Assembly: GCF_000015225.1 (NCBI RefSeq)
Contig: NC_008698.1
Location: 360,001 to 392,000 of the forward strand
DNA length: 32,000 nucleotides
Direction: 5' to 3'
Origin: Thermofilum pendens Hrk 5
GTDB lineage: Archaea; Thermoproteota; Thermoprotei; Thermofilales; Thermofilaceae
In this document: in pieces, positions 20,148 to 26,638 of the stretch
Layout of the letters: every line of letters begins with the position of its first letter
Position numbering within the stretch: the stretch's first letter is position 1
The notes under the pieces: model-generated
Told to the model about the DNA's origin: nothing
The model's database searches: none
The model's input: the letters and a program-made list of their open reading frames with translations, nothing else
Position numbers and translations under genes: made by a program

Positions 20148-20357
20148 TTACGCGAGCTCTAGCTCTCTCAGCTCCTCGACGCCCTCCTCAAGCTCCCTCG
20201 CCAGCTCTTCGTCCTCTTCGACCTGCGGAGTCGCGCCGTGCACTGAGGCTAGGAACTCCTCTATCGCGTCTAATGCTTCGACGAGGCGCGCCTCGTAGAG
20301 CCCGTCCCCCTTAAGAGTGCTCGCCAGTAGCCTCGACAACGCGCTTATCGTCTGCAC
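20148..20357 (-). CDS. small acidic helical protein of unknown function (cassette unit A)
   Basis: 69-aa ORF with a GTG start, a predicted helical N-half (TISALSRLLASTL ... LYEARLVEALDAIEEFLASV) and a strongly acidic tail (QVEEDEELARELEEGVEELRELELA). It is conserved in unit B, which supports it being a real gene. Confidence 0.6.
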   Translation of the reverse strand: MQTISALSRLLASTLKGDGLYEARLVEALDAIEEFLASVHGATPQVEEDEELARELEEGVEELRELELA

Positions 20358-20397
20358 GATAACCCTCGAGCACGCCCTCGCAGAGCGCCTCTTTCCA

Positions 20398-20407
20398 CTA
20401 TTTAAGG
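20398..20407 (+). promoter_or_regulatory. conserved TATA box (CTATTTAAGG) for the large cassette gene, unit A
   Basis: An identical 10-mer occupies the same position in unit B (24320-24329), about 30-36 nt upstream of the ATG. Confidence 0.55.
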
Positions 20408-20438
20408 GAGGGGTTAATTATGGTTTGGAGAGAAGACA

Positions 20439-21863
20439 ATGGGGTGTGAAGAGAGGCTTGAAGAAGAGGTTAGGGAGGAGACGTGGAGGAGGGCGGCGCT
20501 AAGCCTCTACTCGACCGAGGTCGAGGATAGGAGGAGGTCTAGGGGCGGGAAGAAGGGCAGGGTACACTATCGCGGCCTCTACGACGCAGTGTCTAGGATT
20601 AACTGGGACTTTACGCGCTTCGCGGCGCACGCGCTGAGCGTCGTGCCGGACGAGGCATACTCCAGGTTCGGCAGGCTGTTTGACATCGACGCGAGGAAGT
20701 ACCTCCTGCTGAACGACGACGAGAAGCCGAGGGAGGGAGGCGCAGTTGTGGAGCTACGCGATAGGCTACAGGCAATCGTCGACGCTACCGAAGACGGCCT
20801 CAAAGTTGAGAGACACGGAAAGCACTGGCAAGTATACATACCTGGAGAAAACTGGCACGTCATCGCTTACAAGCCTACACATAACTGGATCATACTCATC
20901 CCGTTGAAAGGCTTCTGGGTTGAGTCAGAGTTTCCCAGGGTTCTAGTGAATACTCCGATCAGCGTTTTGCAGAGCCTGCAGAAAGGGTGGGTCTTAACGG
21001 ATGTGACACCCCCTCATGGGCGCTACAGCTACGTACAATTCAGCACCACTCAACCGTGGCAGTTGCCAGCCACGCTCGCGGCCTTTCCTAGTGACAATAT
21101 CTGCTTGGGCGTTACGGCGGGCGCACTCGGCAGTACCAAGCTAAGCATCGAGTGGAAGGTGCACGTCTATAGCTACGAGGAGGAGCTGGGCTGGGCCTCC
21201 GAACTCATCGGCGAGGTTAAACGTGCAGAGTTCCGCCAGCTTATCGATGCTTGCAGGGTGCTACAGGGAGACCCGGTCGCTCTACACACAGCCTTCCTGG
21301 GGGACGGCTACCTCGCCTTCTTCCTGAGGCTTCGGATGCTCTTCTTCAGTATTGGACACGAGATTTTCTACCTCCCAGCTGAGAGCGCTATAGTCAACGC
21401 TAGACTCGCCGTCGAGCTAGCACCAGAGTACACAAAGTTCGTCTCATTAGTGACGAAGTGTCCAAAGATTAAACACTTCTTGTTCGTCGGCTTCGGATTG
21501 CCGCAAAAGAGAGGTATGAGAGACGGTCAGAGAAAGACCCCGTTCTACGCCGAGATAGCGGGGGCTAGGCTACACCTAGTCTACATTTCTACGAGGAATC
21601 ATGTCTACGCGAGGATCGCGGTCGACGATGCGCCTCAAGGCTGGGTGGAGGAGGCGCGCGCTCAGGGCTGGGACGTCCGGGTGGTTAACATGGGAAGCGA
21701 GGAGTACTACCAGGTTACACATGTCTCTTTGATGGAGCACGCGCGCTACGACGAAGCACTGCGGGAAACACTCCTCGCCTTCGCGAAGGCGAAAGCCGAG
21801 CAGTACCCCAAAGCCTGGGAACTCGTAGAGCGCCTCGAAAAGCTGGGGACAGGGCAGGAATAG
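20439..21863 (+). CDS. 474-aa protein of unknown function (cassette unit A); weak LAGLIDADG-like signature; possibly PaREP2-like
   Basis: Long uninterrupted ORF with a paralogue at 24355-25791 (roughly two-thirds to three-quarters aa identity by eye). Conserved blocks include INWDFTRFAAHAL, DIDARKYLLL, LTDVTPPHG, STTQPWQLPATLA, TAFLGDG(Y/M)LAFFLRLRMLFF and FLFVGFGLPQKRG. No catalytic family could be assigned by eye. Confidence 0.8.
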   Translation: MGCEERLEEEVREETWRRAALSLYSTEVEDRRRSRGGKKGRVHYRGLYDAVSRINWDFTRFAAHALSVVPDEAYSRFGRLFDIDARKYLLLNDDEKPREGGAVVELRDRLQAIVDATEDGLKVERHGKHWQVYIPGENWHVIAYKPTHNWIILIPLKGFWVESEFPRVLVNTPISVLQSLQKGWVLTDVTPPHGRYSYVQFSTTQPWQLPATLAAFPSDNICLGVTAGALGSTKLSIEWKVHVYSYEEELGWASELIGEVKRAEFRQLIDACRVLQGDPVALHTAFLGDGYLAFFLRLRMLFFSIGHEIFYLPAESAIVNARLAVELAPEYTKFVSLVTKCPKIKHFLFVGFGLPQKRGMRDGQRKTPFYAEIAGARLHLVYISTRNHVYARIAVDDAPQGWVEEARAQGWDVRVVNMGSEEYYQVTHVSLMEHARYDEALRETLLAFAKAKAEQYPKAWELVERLEKLGTGQE

Positions 21864-22008
21864 GGTAAACCACCAGGGAAGCGGCGTCCGGCCCCCTTCT
21901 CCCGTTCTGCGTCGAAGGGTGTGCTAGTCCTAGGGTGTAGCGCGCGTGCTGTGCGCCCTTCGCGCGCTAAAGTTTATAGCGCGCGGCGCTACAGAGAGGG
22001 CGGGAGGT

Positions 22009-22533
22009 ATGGCCACGTATACCGTGATCCCTGTGCTCCACAATACGAATAGCTCTCAGAGAGTAGCTGAGGTTGCCCGTATAGCATACGGGCTCGGATA
22101 CAACACGCTCGTTCTCTCCAGGGTTTACGGCCCCGCGGCCCAGGTAGGCATCCCGGAGGCTCAGAAGCTAGCTCTTCGGCATAACTGCAACCTCATAGTC
22201 CTCTCAGACCTTCCCGAGGTCGTCGAGCTTCTCCGCCCCAACGTGATCCTAGTAGCCGTGCCGGGAAAGTACGGCGGGCGGGAGCTAAGCGAGGTTCTAA
22301 AGGAACTAGAAGGAAAGACCAGTGGAGGAGAGGCTTCCCGGATAGCTGTTGTGTTTGGAGGAGCAGAGCCGGGGCTAAGCCAGAAGGAGATGAAAACCGG
22401 CGAACTCGTACACCCGGACGGAGTAGAAGAAGATATAGGCTCAACGGGCGTCGCTGCCGTAACGCTTTACCTCGTTGCCCGCTGGCTTTCCCTTCTTCGC
22501 ACGCGCGGGGCGACAACTAGGGAAGGCGTCTAG
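22009..22533 (+). CDS. uncharacterised alpha/beta protein, possibly a SPOUT (SpoU-like) methyltransferase fold
   Basis: The ATG at 22009 is preceded by GGGAGGT and a TATA-like AAAGTTTATAGC. VIPVLHNTNSSQRVAEVARIAYGLGYNTLVLSRVYGPAAQVGIPEAQKLA and VVFGGAEPGLS resemble small archaeal SpoU-like proteins. The functional call is tentative. Confidence 0.45.
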   Translation: MATYTVIPVLHNTNSSQRVAEVARIAYGLGYNTLVLSRVYGPAAQVGIPEAQKLALRHNCNLIVLSDLPEVVELLRPNVILVAVPGKYGGRELSEVLKELEGKTSGGEASRIAVVFGGAEPGLSQKEMKTGELVHPDGVEEDIGSTGVAAVTLYLVARWLSLLRTRGATTREGV

Positions 22534-22596
22534 GAAGGGCTAACCGGTATTCAGGCAGTTTTTCGCCCGGCGGAACTTAGCGCGCAAGAAGGCAAA

Positions 22597-22788
22597 CTAG
22601 ACAAGCCTGATCCTAGTCACGGCTTTCTTGTTCTGCCAACTGTACCGGCGGATTCTCTTAGACCTCCCGAAACCGCAGTGGGCGCAGTAGCCTTTCCTCA
22701 CGTTAAAGCTGTGGTGCCCGCATCGCCTGCAACGTATGTGGGTAATGTTCCTGCCGCGTTTACCGAAGGATGTGGTTCCCTTGACCAT
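22597..22788 (-). CDS. rpl37e: 50S ribosomal protein L37e
   Basis: [48 protein letters not shown] includes the L37e zinc ribbon. Confidence 0.95.
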   Translation of the reverse strand: MVKGTTSFGKRGRNITHIRCRRCGHHSFNVRKGYCAHCGFGRSKRIRRYSWQNKKAVTRIRLV

Positions 22789-22799
22789 ACCGGTTCACC

Positions 22800-23021
22800 T
22801 CACGGTGCCGGAGAGACCAGGATGACGTTGTCCCCCCTGACTATTATAGTTCCAAGCTGTCTTGTCCGCGTACCCCTTATTTCCTCTGCATTTTCGAGGA
22901 CGAGGTTCAGGTGGTAATCGTAGCTCTTTAACTGTCCTCGGATCTCCCTCCCGCCTTTGAGCTTCACTAGGACGTTCTTTTCGAGTGACTCTGCGAGCAC
23001 GGAGATCGTTCCCTCCTCCAT
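22800..23021 (-). CDS. Sm-like archaeal protein (SmAP/LSm)
   Basis: Sm1 and Sm2 motifs are present: VLVKLKGGREIRGQLKSYDYHLNLVLENAEE ... IIVRGDNVILVSP. The gene is upstream of L37e, as in the conserved archaeal pair. Confidence 0.95.
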   Translation of the reverse strand: MEEGTISVLAESLEKNVLVKLKGGREIRGQLKSYDYHLNLVLENAEEIRGTRTRQLGTIIVRGDNVILVSPAP

Positions 23022-23139
23022 TAGCTCTCACCAGTGCCTCATACTCTCTGCACCCCTACTTAAAAAGATTTTTCCGCGCGCGAAGAACGCGTAACCCGAG
23101 CGCGCGAGATTTATTAGTAAAGCCGGTGAAGTATGGGTT

Positions 23140-23331
23140 GTGGTTCAAGGAAGAGGAGGCACTTACGACTTGGTAAAGGTAAATTTCAGGGTTAGCATCG
23201 AGGACTATAATAAAATGCTTGAGCTCGTTAAGTCGGGGGAATACTCGTCGGTAAGCGAGCTTGTTAGACATGCCGTTGAACTACTAGTATCGGAGTACAA
23301 GAGCCTCGACGCTATGAAGGGATCTCGCTAG
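23140..23331 (+). CDS. ribbon-helix-helix (CopG/Arc/MetJ-like) DNA-binding protein
   Basis: 63-aa ORF (GTG start). VKVNFRVSIEDYNKMLELVKSGEYSSVSELVRHAVELLVSEY fits the beta-strand, helix, helix pattern of RHH proteins. Confidence 0.6.
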   Translation: MVQGRGGTYDLVKVNFRVSIEDYNKMLELVKSGEYSSVSELVRHAVELLVSEYKSLDAMKGSR

Positions 23332-23513
23332 TCAGAGATTCGCGGGTATGCATCGACGCTGGAAGCTCCCGTAATTGGCGTGTAGCTCGTTGAACCTTTA
23401 GTGGACACGTGGCAACAAGTAGCTAAGAAGAGGCGGGTGTCTGTTCCTCTACTGTGCGGCGCGCGAGAGAGAAAATTTAAATACGAACAAACTTATCGCT
23501 CTGGGTTTGGGCG

Positions 23514-23909
23514 ATGTCTTCGAAGGTATCCTTCAAAGTGGTGATCTCCGACCCTAAGACCGGGAAAGCCGAGCAAGTAGAGGTGAGCGGCGAGCAGGCT
23601 CTCAGACTCATCGGGCTGAAGATAGGCGATATAATCGACGGAGGGCTAGTAGGTAAGCCGGGGGTAAAGCTTCAGATACGCGGAGGCTCTGGGAGGGCCG
23701 GGGAGCCTATGCGCCCAGACATAGAGGGGGCGCGCAAGGGGTACTTCCTTCTCTCAGGACCTCCGGGTTATTGGCCTCGCGAGAAAGGCGAGAGGCGGAG
23801 AAGGTTCGTGAGGGGGAACGTTATCTCCGACGATATAGTTCAGATAAACACTGTGATAGTCTACGACGAGGAAAAAGCCCAGCAGGCTACCCCTCACGCG
23901 CGGGGCTAA
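23514..23909 (+). CDS. rps6e: 30S ribosomal protein S6e
   Basis: FKVVISDPKTGKAEQVEV ... KLQIRGGSGRAGEPMRPDIEGARKGYFLLSGPPGY ... GERRRRFVRGN matches S6e. A TATA-like AAAATTTAAATA lies about 33 nt upstream. Confidence 0.95.
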   Translation: MSSKVSFKVVISDPKTGKAEQVEVSGEQALRLIGLKIGDIIDGGLVGKPGVKLQIRGGSGRAGEPMRPDIEGARKGYFLLSGPPGYWPREKGERRRRFVRGNVISDDIVQINTVIVYDEEKAQQATPHARG

Positions 23910-23995
23910 AGACCATCGGAAAGTGAGGAGTAAGGATACGTAAACTTTTCGTCGAGCTTCTCTGACTTGCTTGTGCGCGTGGAAACTCAGGGAAT

Positions 23996-24064
23996 TCCCT
24001 GGTTTACAAACACGGGAGAAATCTGAGACCGCGGTCCTCCCACGTTTACAAACCAAAGAAAAGG
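23996..24064 (+). repeat. tandem ~42-bp repeat carrying GGTTTACAAAC / CGTTTACAAAC (left border of unit B)
   Basis: The motifs are at 24001-24011 and 24043-24053, with the same 42-nt spacing as in unit A. The perfect palindrome CAGGGAATTCCCTG lies at about 23988-24001, overlapping the first base of the first motif. Confidence 0.85.
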
Positions 24065-24069
24065 AGTTT

Positions 24070-24277
24070 TTACGCCAGCCCTAGCCCCCTGAGCTCCTCG
24101 ATGCCCTCTTCCAGCTCTCTTGCTAGCTCTTCGTCTTCCTCGACTTGCGGGGTCGCGCTTCCCACGGATGCTAGAAACTCCTCTACTGCGTCTAATGCTT
24201 CGACGAGGCGCGCCTCGTAGAGGCGCGCGCCTAAGAGTGCTCGCCAAGAGCCGCGAAAGCGCGCCGATGGTTCGCAC
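24070..24277 (-). pseudogene. frameshifted copy of the small acidic helical gene (cassette unit B)
   Basis: The N-terminus (M)RTIGALSRLLASTL is in the frame of ORF 23987-24277. The homologous C-terminus LYEARLVEALDAVEEFLASVGSATPQVEEDEELARELEEGIEELRGLGLA is in the frame of ORF 24070-24549. The locus is 208 nt versus 210 nt in unit A, with the 2-nt difference at the (GC)4 tract 24223-24230. Confidence 0.65.
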
Positions 24278-24319
24278 GATAATCCTCGAGCACGCCCTCG
24301 CAGGGGCGGCCCCCGTCCA

Positions 24320-24329
24320 CTATTTAAGG
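24320..24329 (+). promoter_or_regulatory. conserved TATA box (CTATTTAAGG) for the large cassette gene, unit B
   Basis: Identical to 20398-20407 and embedded in the conserved block CCACTATTTAAGG. Confidence 0.55.
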
Positions 24330-24354
24330 ACGGGTGATAGGTATGGGTAGAGGC

Positions 24355-25791
24355 ATGACGGGGGGTGAAGAGGGCGAGGAGGTTGTTAGGGAGCTTGTCT
24401 ACGAGAGGGCGGCTCAAAGCTTGTATGCCACCAGAACAGAGGATAAGAGGAGGTCCAGAGGTAAGAAGAAGAGGGGCGAGATACACTACGTGGGCCTCTT
24501 CGACGCGGTGACCGGGATTAACTGGGACTTTACCAGGTTTGCGGCGCACGCGCTGACCGTCGTGCCGGACGAAGTCTACCCGAGGTTTTACCGCTTCATA
24601 GACATCGACGCGAGGAAGTACCTCCTACTGGGAGACGACGAGAAGCCACGCGAAGGAAGCGCGGCGATGGAGCTACGCAATAGGCTACAAGCAATTGTCG
24701 ATGCAACAGAAGACGGGCTTAGAGCTGAGAAGAAGGGTAAAGTCTGGCGCGTGTACGTGCCGCACGAGAACTGGTACGTAACTGTCTCGAGGCCCAGTAC
24801 TCATAGCTGGTCCATACACGTCCCATTGGAGGGCTTCTGGACCGAGGCTAGTTTCCCGGAGGTTCTCGCGAGGACATCGCCAGACGTGCTTAGAAGCCTG
24901 CAGAGAGGGTGGCTTCTCACAGATGTCACTCCGCCACACGGACGCAACAGCGACGTAAATTTCAGTACCACTCAGCCATGGCAGTTGCCGGCAACGCTCG
25001 CCAACTTCCCGGGAGAAGTCAGGCTCGGCGTCACAGCAGGAGTCCTCGGCTCCACGAGGGCGAGCATTAAGTGGAAGGCCTACGTTCACGGTTACGCGGA
25101 GGAGCTGGGTTGGGCTTCCGAACTCATCGGCGAGGCGAAGCGCGCTGAGTACCGCAGGCTGGTCGACGAGTGCAGGGCGCTACGGGGAGACAGCGTAGCT
25201 CTTTTGACCGCCTTTTTGGGAGATGGTATGCTTGCTTTCTTTCTAAGGCTTCGGATGCTCTTCTTCAGGATAGGCAACGAGACTCTCTACCTCCCAGCTA
25301 AGAGCGCCATTGTCAACGTTCGCTTGGCTGTGGAAAGGGCTAGCGAGTACGTACGCTTTGTCTCGCTGGTCACGAAGAACCCGAAGATCCGGCACTTCCT
25401 GTTCGTCGGCTTCGGATTGCCGCAGAAGAGGGGTAAGAAGGGCGGGCAGAGAAACAGCCCATTCTACGCAAACATTGCAGGGGCTAGGCTACTTCTGGCC
25501 TACGTATCCAGTACTAACAACATCTACGCTAGGATCGTGGTTGATGCTGTGCCTCAAGGCTGGTACGAGCACGCGCTGGAGGAAGGCTGGGACGTGAGGA
25601 TAGTTGCTTCGGGTACCTCTTCGGGTGGCAAGGAATACTACCAAGTGACGCAAAGCTCTCTCTTCGAGCACGCCCGCTACGACGCGGCTCTGCGGGAAAC
25701 ACTCCTCGCCTTCGCGAAAGCGAAAGCCGAGCAGTACCCCAAAGCCTGGGAACTCGTAGAGCGCCTCGAAAAGCTGGGGACAGAAGACTAA
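24355..25791 (+). CDS. paralogue of the 474-aa cassette protein (unit B), function unknown
   Basis: Uninterrupted ORF. The ORF track starts it at GTG 24334 (485 aa). The in-frame ATG at 24355 sits about 31 nt from the TATA box, matching the geometry of unit A. The last ~30 aa are identical to unit A. Confidence 0.8.
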   Translation: MTGGEEGEEVVRELVYERAAQSLYATRTEDKRRSRGKKKRGEIHYVGLFDAVTGINWDFTRFAAHALTVVPDEVYPRFYRFIDIDARKYLLLGDDEKPREGSAAMELRNRLQAIVDATEDGLRAEKKGKVWRVYVPHENWYVTVSRPSTHSWSIHVPLEGFWTEASFPEVLARTSPDVLRSLQRGWLLTDVTPPHGRNSDVNFSTTQPWQLPATLANFPGEVRLGVTAGVLGSTRASIKWKAYVHGYAEELGWASELIGEAKRAEYRRLVDECRALRGDSVALLTAFLGDGMLAFFLRLRMLFFRIGNETLYLPAKSAIVNVRLAVERASEYVRFVSLVTKNPKIRHFLFVGFGLPQKRGKKGGQRNSPFYANIAGARLLLAYVSSTNNIYARIVVDAVPQGWYEHALEEGWDVRIVASGTSSGGKEYYQVTQSSLFEHARYDAALRETLLAFAKAKAEQYPKAWELVERLEKLGTED

Positions 25792-25879
25792 AGAGTAAGA
25801 CCAGCAGGGAAAGGCGCCCGGCCCCCTTCTCCCACAAACATGCGTGAAGCTTAAATGCTTGTAAAACGTGGATTGCATT

Positions 25880-26197
25880 ATGTCGAGTCCCAACGACGAG
25901 TCTGAAGCGCTGGAGTTTCCCCTACCAGACGGGCAGACAACCCTACTCTGCGTTATACAGCAACTTCTAGGCTTCGATAGGGCCAGAGTATTCTGTAGCG
26001 ATGGAAAAGTTAGGCTCTGCAGAATACCCGGGAAGTTTAAGAAGAGGATGTGGATGAAAGTTGGCGACGTGGTTTTGGTTGCTCCTTGGGATTTCCAGCC
26101 CGAGAGAGGAGACATTATCTATAGGTACACGTCCAACGAGCTACAAAAGCTGGAGAAGAAAGGGCTTCTCAAGGAGCTCAAGGAGCTACTAGGGTAG
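25880..26197 (+). CDS. eif1a: translation initiation factor 1A (aIF1A)
   Basis: S1-like OB core: RARVFCSDGKVRLCRIPGKFKKRMWMKVGDVVLVAPWDFQPERGDIIYRY. The ATG at 25880 lies about 30 nt from a TATA-like GCTTAAATGC. The ORF track's GTG at 25868 is an alternative start. Confidence 0.9.
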   Translation: MSSPNDESEALEFPLPDGQTTLLCVIQQLLGFDRARVFCSDGKVRLCRIPGKFKKRMWMKVGDVVLVAPWDFQPERGDIIYRYTSNELQKLEKKGLLKELKELLG

Positions 26198-26201
26198 CTC
26201 G

Positions 26202-26540
26202 TCATAGGAGGCTTTTCACCGTTGCAGCGAGGTCGGAGATAAGGCTCCTGGGAACGCCGGTATACCTTTTCACCTCTTTCCCCGCGGCGAACACTATGAC
26301 TGTCGGTAGCCCGAGGACGTCGTACTCGGCGGCAACCTCCTTTTCGGTGTCAACGTTTACCTTCACGAAGCATACGGAGTCGTATCTTTCGAAGAGCTTT
26401 TCGACTCGAAGAAGCATGTCGTCAACAACTTTGCATGGTATGCACCAGTCTGCGTAGAAGTCCACGACTACCACCTTTTTCTCGGAAAGCAGGCCTTTTA
26501 GCTCCACGTGGCTAACGCTTGGCAAGCCGCGGCAGCTCAT
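26202..26540 (-). CDS. trx: thioredoxin
   Basis: 112 aa with VVVDFYADWCIPCK (WCxPC active site) and GLPTVIVFAAGKEV. Confidence 0.9.
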   Translation of the reverse strand: MSCRGLPSVSHVELKGLLSEKKVVVVDFYADWCIPCKVVDDMLLRVEKLFERYDSVCFVKVNVDTEKEVAAEYDVLGLPTVIVFAAGKEVKRYTGVPRSLISDLAATVKSLL

Positions 26541-26638
26541 CTTATCATGCTAACGCGTTTAAACTGGCTTAAAAAGCTCGACGTCACGCACGCATAGGGG
26601 AGAGTTTTAGTACACGTAAACCTCTTGTTCAAAGTAGG

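Larger units (their letters stand above)
20074..21903 (+). repeat. cassette unit A (diverged direct repeat of 24001-25833)
   Basis: The DNA is alignable by eye from GGTTTACAAAC (20074) to CCGGCCCCCTTCTCCC (ending 21903) with unit B. Gene content and order are the same. Confidence 0.9.
24001..25833 (+). repeat. cassette unit B (diverged direct repeat of 20074-21903)
   Basis: Same architecture and alignable DNA as unit A. The left border is GGTTTACAAAC at 24001, and the right border CCGGCCCCCTTCTCCC ends at 25833. Confidence 0.9.

Noticed and set aside
19074-21863. The C5-MTase plus the 474-aa protein considered as a type II restriction-modification pair, with the small ORF as controller.
   Set aside because: A second copy of the putative nuclease exists without a methylase. 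No recognisable PD-(D/E)xK, HNH or GIY-YIG motif was seen. The small protein is acidic and shows no evident HTH. This is kept only as a low-probability alternative.
23056-23271. 71-aa ORF on the minus strand overlapping the RHH gene.
   Set aside because: It is antisense to a better-supported RHH ORF, has no recognisable motif, and would lack promoter space next to the Sm gene.
23986-24012. GTGGAAAC plus the palindrome CAGGGAATTCCCTG next to GGTTTAC, considered as a possible ORB-like replication-origin element.
   Set aside because: An 8-mer match is expected by chance in 64 kb of two-strand sequence. There is no Orc1/Cdc6 gene, no repeated ORB dyads and no A/T-rich unwinding region. The palindrome is absent from unit A.
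24278-24549. N-terminal ~90 codons of ORF 24070-24549(-), which would make a 159-aa protein.
   Set aside because: Only the last ~50 codons are homologous to the unit A small protein. The upstream part is antisense to the start of the 485-aa gene and crosses the conserved promoter block, so it is an artefact of the frameshifted locus.
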